Shown here piece after piece: positions 11,580 to 28,100 of a DNA stretch of 64,000 nucleotides. Position numbers and translations under genes: made by a program. The notes beneath the pieces are model-generated. The model saw only the letters and a program-made list of their open reading frames with translations. It did no database searches and had not been told where the DNA came from. Position 1 is the first letter of the stretch. Each line of letters opens with the position of its first letter. Source of the stretch: Lama guanicoe (taxonomy: Eukaryota); the NCBI GenBank assembly GCA_013239625.1, contig MU056277.1:2148076-2212075 (forward strand). The letters run 5' to 3'.

Positions 11580-12360
11580 CAGAAATGTCAGCTGTCTAAA
11601 GAAGCTAAAATCCAAAGAAAGTATGAAGAAAAAATTAGGATAATAGAAGAAAATAATAAAGTCAAATCAACAACAAAAAATCTTATTCCTTGAAGATTCT
11701 AATAAAATACAGCAATTTATGGAAAAGCTGAGAAACTCCACAACAAATAGAGGTTTTAAAACAAGGAAACCACCATGAACCGCTTTCTGCCAATACATTT
11801 GAGAACAGACAAAACAGGAAATTTTTTTCAAGAACCAAGTTGTTAAAATTAACAATTTCTAAAAAAAATTAAATACTTGGGTTGATGAGTAATGAAGAAA
11901 TTGAGTTGCAGGGGAAGAAAATTTACCCCCAAACAGGTGCCAGACTGAGATGGCTTTATAGTTTTAGCCATACTTTTAAGGTAAATGTACAAAATATTTA
12001 TACAAACTATTTCAGAGACTATAAAATGAAGAAAAGCAGCTCAGTAAGTTCTGTTAAGTAAGTTTAACAGTTACCTGAACCTGACAAAAAGGATACAAGA
12101 AGAAATAAAGTTATGAACATAAATGCAACAATTACAAATGAAGTATAATCAAATAAAATCCAACTGTATGTTGTAAACAGAAGTAATATGTTCTAACCAA
12201 GGAAGTTTGTCCCAGGAATTCAAGGATGGTGTGATATCAGGAAATTATTGCTAGAATTTGCCATAGTAACAAACTAAACAGAGAGGGAAAGACTAGCCCC
12301 ACAGATGCAGGGAAAAGTCAATTTTTACTCAATACCGATTTATAATGTCTATCCAACTAA
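11580..12360 (+). mobile_element. old LINE-1 ORF2 fragment
   Basis: A-rich, with decayed L1 motifs (ccagactgagatggcttt, gtcccaggaattcaaggatggt, acagatgcagggaaaag). Confidence 0.75.
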
Positions 12361-12957
12361 GAGTGGAAAAGTGAAGGCACAAAGCACAGTCTGAGAAGGC
12401 AGGCGGGCCCTGGGTGGGAGGAACCCCTGGGCCTGGCCGCACCCAGCAACCAGGGCAGTTCTGCTGGACCTCATGGGACACCACGGGCCACCAGGCTCTC
12501 AGCAGGAGCCGCCCGCCCTGCTGCCCCGTTAGGAAAGTGAGGCTCAAAGGAATGGCCCCCACCTCCCCAAGCCGGGAGAAAACGGAGCCAGGACTCCCAC
12601 CACCCACCAAGTTGGCTGACTCCAGAGCCACTGTACCCACTGCCCAGGAGTCACCATGAAGGCTGTGACAGTCCCTCCTCCCCTCCCCCTCTCCCACATG
12701 AATAAACTCCTGTATAATTAAATTCCTAAACACTGAAGCAACTGTTGATAGTAACAATTAGAAATTCCAGAGGTGAGCAATAAAACACGTCCTCTAAGGA
12801 CTAACTCTTCCATTTAGGGAGTAGCCAGGAGCCGCCGGCAGCAGGTGGGCCTCGTCACCCACCTCCAAAGAGAAACATGCAGAGCTGCTGTCCTCGGCCT
12901 CCACTATTCACAGAAAAGAAGTTACTTCCCCAGGGTGGCTGCCCCCATGAGCCTTGC

Positions 12958-13062
12958 ATGGTAACCAACTGTCCCAGTATGCCCAGGATGTCCCAGTTTC
13001 AGCTGAAAGTCCAGCATCCAGAGAAACCTTTTCATGGCCAACAGCCCAGGACAGTGGCCTGG
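12958..13062. mobile_element. MER94-like hAT-Blackjack MITE
   Basis: ggtaaccaactgtcccagtatgcccagga..tgaaagtcc resembles the recalled MER94 consensus. Confidence 0.55.
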
Positions 13063-13420
13063 GCCCGGAGGGCATGGGGAACAAGACCTGGGTGACCGGG
13101 GACTGAGACAGAGCCTGGGTGGGGGCACACGCCCCTCCCCTTGGTGCTCCAGGCCTCTGGCCGGGAAGGGCCCGAATACATCTCCCTTGTGGCTCTCTCC
13201 AGGATACTTACACTCACACCCAACCTGCTCCCCGGCCCCTGGTATCATCGCTGTGGGGTCTGGCTTTTCATCTGTTTAATCCTGTCTCCTAACCTGCATT
13301 CCTAAGCCTGAGGCTGCATCTGAGTGCACGTGCCAGATGCAGCCCCATCCGTCCTTCTGTCCCCAACCCCCATCCAGCTCCGCACCTGGTGCGGGGATCC
13401 CACACCGCGTGTTGGGAGGT

Positions 13421-13470
13421 GAGGCCTCCTCCCCCACCCCCTCAGCTCTGAGAACTTTGCCCCGCTCCCG
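13421..13470 (+). promoter_or_regulatory. F7: F7 proximal promoter: Sp1-type C-box and HNF4A site (AGAACTTTGCCC)
   Basis: ACTTTG core at 13454-13459, about 55 nt upstream of the ATG, preceded by CCTCCCCC, as in the characterised human F7 promoter. Confidence 0.75.
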
Positions 13471-13509
13471 CCCCGTGTCAGCAGCCCAGCCGACACCAAG
13501 GGCCTCACC

Positions 13510-19307
<5,798 letters not shown>

Positions 19308-19347
19308 CCCCACAGCCGCAGCCCCGGATCCCGCTCCCTGCTCCGCA

Positions 19348-19353
19348 AATAAA
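19348..19353 (+). terminator. F7: F7 polyadenylation signal AATAAA
   Basis: 41 nt after the stop codon. Confidence 0.75.
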
Positions 19354-19434
19354 GCTGCTGCGCCCCTTCCCCAGGACCAAAGCCCGGAAATTCTCCTGTG
19401 GTTCTCATGGAGGGGGAAGGGGAGGGAGGTGGAA

Positions 19435-19590
19435 ACAGAGCTGGAGAGAGAGAGACAGAGACAGAGACAGACAGAGGATGGACAGAGCTGGAGACAGAGA
19501 GAGACTCGGGGGAGACTCTGAGACAACCAGAGAAAAGAAAAGCCTTAGATCCAGAGAGGCCTTCGGGGAGGGAGACAGACGGCGAGAGAC
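19435..19590 (+). repeat. GA/GAGACA-rich low-complexity repeat
   Basis: direct inspection. Confidence 0.75.
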
Positions 19591-21159
19591 AGGGCCAGGC
19601 CGCGGGGGGAGCCCAGGGCCGGCCGGGGAGCGGCCGTCTCCCAAGGCACAGCGGCTGTGCGCATCCGCCCCCTCGGCGCCGTGAGCCGCTTCCTCGTGCC
19701 ATTCAGCGTTTCGCCTCCGGCTCAGACAGGCTGTTGGCCTCGCCCGCTCACTGCGGTGGGTGTCCTCCCAGGTCCCTTCCGGGTGAGCACCCTTCACCAC
19801 AACGCAGGCCTCGCACTCTGATCACACAGGCCGAGCCCTGCGCTCCGGCGGCCCCTGCCTTCCCAGGTGGTTCAGACTCACTTCACAGAGACCCTGGGTT
19901 TGCCTTCGAGCCGGGCTCTCCTCCACATTACCAACTTCACAGAAACAAACCTCCCGTGAGGCTGTTTCCAGACACCAGAGCTCGCAGTGGATATGGGGCT
20001 GCACTCTCCCAGTCCCGGGGGCCTCTTCCTACCAAGGCCCCAGTAAATGACGGTCCTCAAACAGAGGCAGAGGGACGCCCCACAAAATGCAGGTTCCCAG
20101 GTACTGCCAGCTCCGTGGGCTCGGGGAGGGCCCCTCAATTACATCCTCAGCGTGTCCCTAAGGTGCCTGGGGCGCACAGGCCTCGGGTGGGGAAGGACGA
20201 GAACGAGCGCCCAGCGAGGGGATCCTGATCCCACCAGAATGCAGCCACGGCGGGGAGAGCAAACAGGTAGGCGCCTGCCTCCCTGGTACTCTCCTATCCC
20301 GTGCCTGGGACGCCCCACGAGGCGCCAGACGTGCTCTGCTGGACTGTCCAGCGTGTCTCCCGTACAGTCGACCAGGGCTCCGCGAGCCCAACAACGCAGA
20401 GCCCAAGCCACGCGCCTGAGAGCCAAGTGTTACGAGCAGACGCCCCACCAGCACTCATCGTTCTCGGCCACTTACAACCGCAGCGCTCAGTGCTGGGACA
20501 GGGGCCATCTGACTCGCAGACCTCACGTACTCACACTCCGGGCCTCCACAGAAAAGACCGGCTGCCCCAGTCGGCGGTGACTCTCAGGGTTCTCACCAGT
20601 ACGCACGATGAGAGCCCTGACCCTGGGCAGACCTCCTGGGCTCAGCCTGGCTCTGGCTCTGACCCTTGGCCGCGGTGCTTACCTCCCTGCCCTTCGTGTC
20701 CTCATCGAGAAAACGGGGGCCAGTCAGGAAGAACATCCAGACGCCCCAGCCCACCAGCTCAGGCTGCAGACACTCGTGAGGTGGGGGTACGCTGCAGCCA
20801 CAGCACCCGAGGGCTTGGGAGGCCGAGCCCAGTGAACCTCTCAGTCCTTCCAAAAACAGAAGCTGGCTGGCGTCCTCTTCCTGGGAAGAAAAGGGGAGGG
20901 TGGAGTTGAAGGGGCCAAGCCAGTAGCCTTCCAGACCCACTCAGACCCTCTGCCTCACTTCCCCCGCCTTGAAGCGTGGTCAGCGCAGTGCAGGCCAGCA
21001 ACGGCTCTCCTGCCCGGTCACCACCAGGTGCTCACTCGGAATCCAGTCTCTCCCCACAGGCTGAACGGTGTACCAGGCGAGACAGGCCCCAGGGACCAGC
21101 TGCAGGTTGCTGACCAGCCCTGGCACCGAACAGGAGCGTTTAGGGGTGTCACTGCCTCG

Positions 21160-21245
21160 CTCAGTCCACTGGTGTTCACTGAGCACCTACTGTGTGCCAG
21201 GTGCCCCGCAGGTGCTGGGGACAGAGCAGGAGCAAGCCGAGTGAC
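21160..21245 (-). mobile_element. LINE-2 3' end fragment
   Basis: ctgagcacctactgtgtgccagg..gtgctggggacagagcag, typical antisense L2 tail. Confidence 0.6.
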
Positions 21246-22010
21246 CACGGGCATCAGTGAGCTGTGGGGAAGCGTCAGGCCGGCTCCATCCTTGAGTCTC
21301 CCATCACCGCCCCTGCCTCTCCTGCGGTTCCCAGCCTTTTCCTCCAGGGCCTGGGGTTCAGCTGCCGAGCCCCAGGCTGCCAGGAAGCTCAGGCCCACAC
21401 CTGACGCTCCGGAGAGGTTCCTGGCTGGGAGAGCAGCCCAGGGCCTGGTGTGGGACACACAACCCCCTCCCAGCCTGGCCACCGAGGGCACAACCCTGGG
21501 GAGGCCTGGCCTCCCTTGGGCCTGTGGTTTGTCACAGGAGGACGTGGCCCCAGTTCTGGGACCTCCCGGGTGAGGGCCAGTCAGGGGAGACTCCGTGTTC
21601 TGCAGAGACGGCTGTGCTGGCCCCCCACCCTCCCAGGCCACGGGGTAGGGGCTGGACAAAGAAACAGCCTCTGATCTCACCCAGTGACCTGCACTTGGCA
21701 TCACATGGTGAGAAATGACTTCACTGTGAGGCCTCTGACTTCAGGGTTCATTTCCCCAACCCCCACCCAGCCCCCAATAGGGTGTTCAGGGTGAAGACGT
21801 GGTCGGGGGAAGCTGGGTCCACACTTTCATGTGCCTCCATGGCTTAGTCCTGGGGCTGAGAAGCAAATCCAGCAGCTCCTCCTGACACAGGCCCTCTCGA
21901 CCTGTGGCCACAGCAGGCTCCGCTGCACACGGGTCCTGACAAGGAGGGGTCGGGCCCAGAGCTCCCAGGGCCACACAGGCCTGGGTGGCCATGCCCCCAG
22001 CAGGTCCGGG

Positions 22011-22080
22011 CTCCAATCAGGAGGCCGTGATAAGCAGGACAAGCAGCCACCCTCGAGCCAGGGCGAGTGACCCTTGTCCC
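22011..22080 (+). promoter_or_regulatory. F10: F10 TATA-less promoter: CCAAT (22013), GATA (22028), DR1/HNF4 site TGACCCTTGTCCC (22068-22080)
   Basis: same order and approximate spacing as the NF-Y, GATA and HNF4 sites of the human F10 promoter. Confidence 0.75.
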
Positions 22081-22125
22081 GAGGCCTGTCACAGCAAGGA
22101 CGAAGACACTGTCCTCGGCCACAGT

Positions 22126-22195
22126 ATGGCGGGCCTGCTGTGCCTTGTCCTGCTCAGCACCTCCCTGGCCAGCCTGCTGCTACCGGGGGGCAGTG
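22126..22195 (+). CDS. F10: F10 exon 1, signal peptide [23 protein letters not shown]
   Basis: agtATGg; G|gtacg, 70 nt. Confidence 0.93.
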
Positions 22196-25100
22196 GTACG
22201 TACCCCTCACCCTGCATGCTACAGGGGTGGCCCTGGGAGGAGGATGGGGGGGCGACGCCCTCGCACCCCCACAGTGTGCAGAGTGGGTGCCCATCCCGGT
22301 GGACGGCTGGCATAAGCCGCTGGACTTGGCGGTTTTGCCCAAGGATAGCTTAGGGCCAGGTGTGCCTCCCTGTGGGGGGAGGGTCAGGCGGGAGATCAGA
22401 GATCACAAAGACAGACAGAAACGTGGACAGAGAAAGACAGAGAAACAGCGACAGAGAGAGAGAGAGACAAGAACAGAAACGGAGGTGGGGGAGAGAGAGG
22501 GACCGAGGGGAGAGAGAGTCAGAGAGACGGCCCACCTCCTCTGCCAAAGTGAGCCGGGGCCGGGGGGAGGGGTGTCACAGGCAGAGAGGTGCCTCCAAGG
22601 CAGGGGAGGGGACAAGAGCCAGTGCCATCACCCTCAGGCTGTCTTGGCAAGGGGAAGGGGCTGCCCAATTCGAGGCTGGACAGATGGGGGCCTCTGGGCT
22701 TTCCAGGACCCAGGCCTGTCCAAGAATAGAGGTCAGGAAGGGGAGAAGCAGAGCAAAGCCCAGACAGAGAGCGCAGCGGCCACCTGGGGCCTGCGTGCGT
22801 CTGGGTGAAAGGGAGTCAGGAGACCCAGGCACATGAGAGAAGGAAAAGGTGAAGAATGAAAAAGAGGAAGAGAAAAAAGCAGGGGCAGAGGGTGGGGACA
22901 TGTAGGGGAAGGATTGGTCTCCCCACTTCCCAGAGGGTGGGTTGTAGGTCAAAGTCAGCAGAGCGGATGTGTGGAGCCATGGGAGAACGGCCCACAGATA
23001 ACAAGTCTGAGCCTGGCTTTGCTGGGAAAACACAGATGATGCTAAAAGAAATACGGGATTTGGAAGGGAAGAGAATATGAGGTAGGAATGAAGCTAAGCT
23101 TTACTGAGCATGTAGCGTGTACCACCTGAACACTGGGGGTTTCATACACCCTTTAAAACAACTCTTGAGAAGGTTAGGTGTCATAATTTCCATCTGCCAG
23201 TATTCAGCAGTAGATGACCCAGATATATATGCCACTCGAGACTGCTTGATTCTGCAGTCCTGTTTCTCAGTTTCAGACGTGGGGAGTTTGCAGTTCTCAG
23301 ATGAGGGGAAACATTCATCGTGGTGAGAGGTGAAAACAGAGTTCAAGGTGAAAGCTGGGACTAGGAATATCAGCTTGGACAATCATCTTTTTCATGGTCA
23401 GACTCTAAATTTTTTAGCATAAAAAAGGCAGAGATGGGCCAGGAAAAGAATCCAAGGGCCTCCCGACAACAATGTAAAGAGGAAGAGGAGTGGGAGAGAG
23501 ACAGAGAAGACTCTGGCAGAGCAGTGTAGACGACTCAGCCAGATACATACCGTAGGGTAGACCCAGAGATTCTCTGACCCAAGACATTTTAATTGACAGG
23601 TTGTGACTCCTTTGTGAGTCATGCAATCAATTCAGTGGGTTTTTTATTTTAATGAAATAAAACAGAATCAGGGAGTTAATTTTTCAACAAATACTATTTT
23701 CTAAAAATCCAGTATCTTTTGAAACTTTTTATTATGCTTATGTGCGTCCTGGGACTTGATTTAAATCCTACTTTTTATTGTAGATCGTGCAAAACTCCAT
23801 CACAACTACTCACTTACCTTAGAGCTGAGACCTTGAAGGGCAGGTGGGGTTCAGGGTGAGGGGTGATGGTAGAGGGGTCGAGCCTGAGCCACAGGACAGA
23901 GGGCGTGGCCCGGAGAGGTGACAGGGAGCTGGAAACACTCAGAGCTCCAGAGAGAGGGTTTGGGCCGCCAGCGCGGAGCTGGGTGTGAACGTGCGGGGTC
24001 AGTGGCTCGCTGGCAGGACGCGCGGGGTCCAGAACAGGTGTCCCACGTGTAACTCACGGAGGCGTCGCGAGCCAGGCGAGTGGCCTTCCGCGGCCGGGCT
24101 GCGCCAGCAGCGGGCAGGGCAGGTAACCCTGAGCCGCGTCCTTCCGTCCCCAGTGTTCCTGGACCGGGACCGCGCCCACACAGTCCTGCAGAGGGTCCGG
24201 AGGGCGAACTCGTTCCTGGAGGAGATGAAGAAGGGAAACCTGGAAAGAGAGTGCGTAGAAGAGACTTGCAACTACGAGGAGGCCCGCGAAGCCTTCGAGG
24301 ACACGGAGAAGACGGTAAGGGTCCCCGCCCCGCCCCAGCCTCCCGGGGCGGGCGGCCAGGAGCCAGTCACGGGGCTGCGGGGACTTCTCAGGTTCTGTCA
24401 GGTCAGCGTGAGGGCACAAAACGTTTATCTAAGTCGTACTCTCAGCCTGGGCCGGCGCCTCCCAGGCCGGGCCGCGCACAGAGACACTTGGCCCAGGGAA
24501 CCCGGCCCAGGGTCCTCAGCCGCGCGCTCGGCCGCCGCCGTACTTGACGCCGGCTCTCTGAGAGCGCAGGGCACGCGCGCAGGCGCGGGACGGACGCCCT
24601 CCTGAGGCCGTGCGTCGCGCTTGCGCAGCAGCAGCCACTGCGCGCTGGACGCACCCAGCCCTCCCCGGAAGAGGCGGGGCCTAGGGCGCTGCCCCGGAAG
24701 TCGTCATGGGGCCTCGGCCGTCTTGGGTCAGGCTCTGGGAACAGGTGGCTGCGGTGCGCGGGCGGTGGTGGAAGTCGACCGAAACTGAGCAAGCGTGAGC
24801 TGAAGGTGCCTGAGGGCTGAGGGGAAGGTATTGGAGAAGGAGGCCAAGCAGGAGCCCGCGAGAGACAGCCGCGTCGCAGAGTGCGGACAGCGGACCCGTC
24901 CGCACCGCGAGGCCTCAGTGGAGCGTCCAGCAGACTGGGCGCTGGGGGCCCCGGCCTCACAGGCTCGTGCAGTCCCCTGCCCACTCGCTGCAGCCCGAAC
25001 ACCACCGGACCAGCTCACCCTAAAGGTGGGCGGTGGGGTTCTCGCCAGCAGAGCTCCTGTGGGAAGCTCATCTTCTGTGCCCCCAGAGGACAAGCCAAGG

Positions 25101-28100
25101 TGCAAGTCACGGCCAATCCGAGACTCTCTAAGTCGCTCATGTCTGCGGCAGGCTGCCTTGGGGGGACGTACGTGGAGTTCCGGAGAGTCCTGGGAAAGCC
25201 GAGAAGGGCAAGCTGAGCGGCACTCTCCAGAGAATCACACTGCTTACACGTGGCCCCTCATCCTCGTTTGGTCCCCAGAGCCAGGAGAAGCAGTACCGTT
25301 GGAGATGCTGAGTGACTCTGAGGAAGACGTGCATCGCCCACCCCGCGATCATCACATATATAAAAAGTTTCCCGGATGAGTTGGGGTTCCTAGATTCAAC
25401 TTTCCATGGTGAACACGCTTCAAGAGGAGCCAAGCTTTCCATCAACTCCCACAAGCTGGACACGATCTGATGTGTAAGAGTTGCTCCAGAATGCTGCTGT
25501 AAGACACTGGTAATTGGTGGCAGTGACCCATGTGTAATGGATGCCAGTTCCAGATGATTTGGCTTGAATTCACCACCTGAATTTTACATGGTCTGTGTCC
25601 ACAATCACGAGCTCATGAAATCGGGGCTATTACATCAGGGATGGTGAACCGTGTTGCAGGCAGTTACAAGATCACCCTCCACCCAGATGGCCCAGCAGGC
25701 CAGACCCGTGAGATCGATGTCACCGCACCCTTCTGGGAAATCAGCATGGTACAAGAGCCTAAGAAAGACTGGGAGCAAAGCTGCCAGAAACTAATCTCTT
25801 CAAAACTGAAGAAACTGAAAAAAGGTACAGAGCATATCTGTGTGGCAGAAGCTTTTGAATACCCCCCACAGACAGGCTTCTTGATCAGCTTGCCAGGGAG
25901 CTCCTTACAGCGCCTCACAGCAGCCCCACGCTCGTTCATTTGTGATCACCCACTCTTGGGCCAGGCAGACCACGCTGGGTCTCCCTGAGCAGTTTGTCCT
26001 GAGGAAGGAAGTGTGCAGCGCCTGCACTGAGTTAAATACCCCCATTCAGCAGGAGGCGGGTTTTTAAAGAGCCGGCCAGAGCTGCCAGCACGGATGATGT
26101 TCGTGTGTGAAAACCGCCCTGGGCCTGGCTGCTCCGGAGCTGGCTGTGGCCGTGGCTGTGGTGAGGTCGGCAGCTCATCAGCTCGCTCCTCACAGATCCA
26201 GAACCGTCAAGGACGTGCTCTGCTTCCTGCCTGAAAGGTGAAACCTGAGGGTGACGATAAGGTGGCAGCCCCGACACGCTGAACAGCACGACAGTTGGCA
26301 TCTCTTTCTAGAAAATAATAATTGTGAAGTTGTGTGACTCAGACGTCTTTGCATTTCTGCTAAAGATCAAGGTCCGCAAGGGAGCTCTTGTGTGGGGACC
26401 CACTTGACTACCGTGGCTCATTTCAGCCACCAGAAGCGAGAGGGGAGTTAAGAGTGCATTTTTACTCCTTGTTACCAGATAAACAATTTATCTCTTTAGA
26501 AAAAAAATTCATAATTTCAAGAACTTTTTATTTTTAAAGTTTCCTTTAATTTACACACACATACAGTTTTTTAATAACAAAAATAATTGTAATGCCAGTC
26601 GTCCAAGTTCACGTTCTGCCTTTTCCTCAGCATCATTTCCCACTCTTCATTACCTCGCAGCTACCATACTTGTAAGTTTAAAGAACGAAATTGTATTTTA
26701 TTGTATGGGTGCATTTACTCTTTCCACAGTTTTCCCATATAGGTTATTCTTAACGTTGCTCTTATGAAAACACAGAACATGTGTTTCTTCTGGGGTATCT
26801 TTTAAGAGCCTCTCCAGAGAAGGAGTCCTGGATCTAGGTTATCAGCAAGTTCTGGTTCTGGTTGTACAGGGGAAGCGGACTCCACCCTGTTTCTTCCACC
26901 GACTGCAGCTGCAGCGCTGGGGTAGGGAGCATGGGGCAGTGGTCTGAGGAACCTGAAAAGCAGCTAGCAGCAGTGTATTGCAGGAGAAAACCAATTCAGA
27001 GTCCTGTGTAACTGGCTGTGAGGTTACCATGTTTTTCTCTTTCAGTTCTCCAGACACCACTTGACCTGAATCTAACTGAATTTATACGAGTCTCAACAGC
27101 AGCAGAATGTAATTTATTTCCAAGCACCCATGGAACGTTCCACAAAATAGACCACATTCTGTATTATAAAACACACCTTAACAGATTTTAAAGATTAAAG
27201 TCGTACAAAATACGTTATCTGACCATACTGGAATCAACCAGAAATCAATGACAGGAAAGTTTCCAAGTATGTGGAAATTAGCACACTTCTGAATAATCCA
27301 TGTGCCAAAGAAGAAGCCTCACGGGAAGCTAGAAGATCCTTCCAACTGAACAAAAATGAGTATACAACGTACAAAACCTGTGGGCTGCAGCTAAACAGTG
27401 CTTACAGAGGGATGATAGCACTAGACACTTTTACTGGAAAAGAAGAAAGATCTCAAATTGATCATCTTAGCTTCCACTTTAAGGCATCAAAAAGGGGGCA
27501 AAATAAACCCTAAAGAAGAGAAATCAATAAAATTGAAGGCATGAAATAATAGAGAAAAATCAATAAAACCAATAAGATTTAATATGACAAAAAAGAACAC
27601 ATACACTATATGAGGAATGAAAGAGAAAATGTTAGTACAGATCCTGCACGTGCTAAAAAAGGGTAATAAGAGAATGCTGCACACAACACACACAAATTTG
27701 GATGAAATTTGGACAATTTGGATGAAATGGACCAATTCCTCAAAACCACAAACTATGAAAACGCACAGTGTGAAGGAGGTATTTGCAAATTCAACTTCTT
27801 AGTTAAGAACCTACTGAAAAAGAAATGTCCAAGTCCAGATGGTGTCACTGGTGAATTTTATCAGACGTTTGAAGAAGTAACACCAGTTCTGTATAATCTC
27901 TTCTAGAAAAGAAGAGGGGACGCTTGTTAATTTGTTTTAGACCACCATTACCCTGATCCCACAACCCACAGGGACAGAAGAGGGAGGGAGGGAGGAAGAG
28001 AGAATGAAAAAAATAAGGAAAGTAAGCAAGCTATAGACCAGTCTCTCTCAGGATCCTCTCGTCAGAATTCTCAATAAATCATTAGCACGTTGAGTAGAGC

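Noticed and set aside
19398-20228. 276-aa ORF between F7 and F10 with an ERETETE repeat
   Set aside because: Translation of a GA microsatellite plus GC-rich intergenic DNA; no splice or domain support
25641-25988. 115-aa ORF as a functional KARS1-derived protein
   Set aside because: Homology switches frame within the ORF and flanking segments carry stops and deletions; pseudogene remnant
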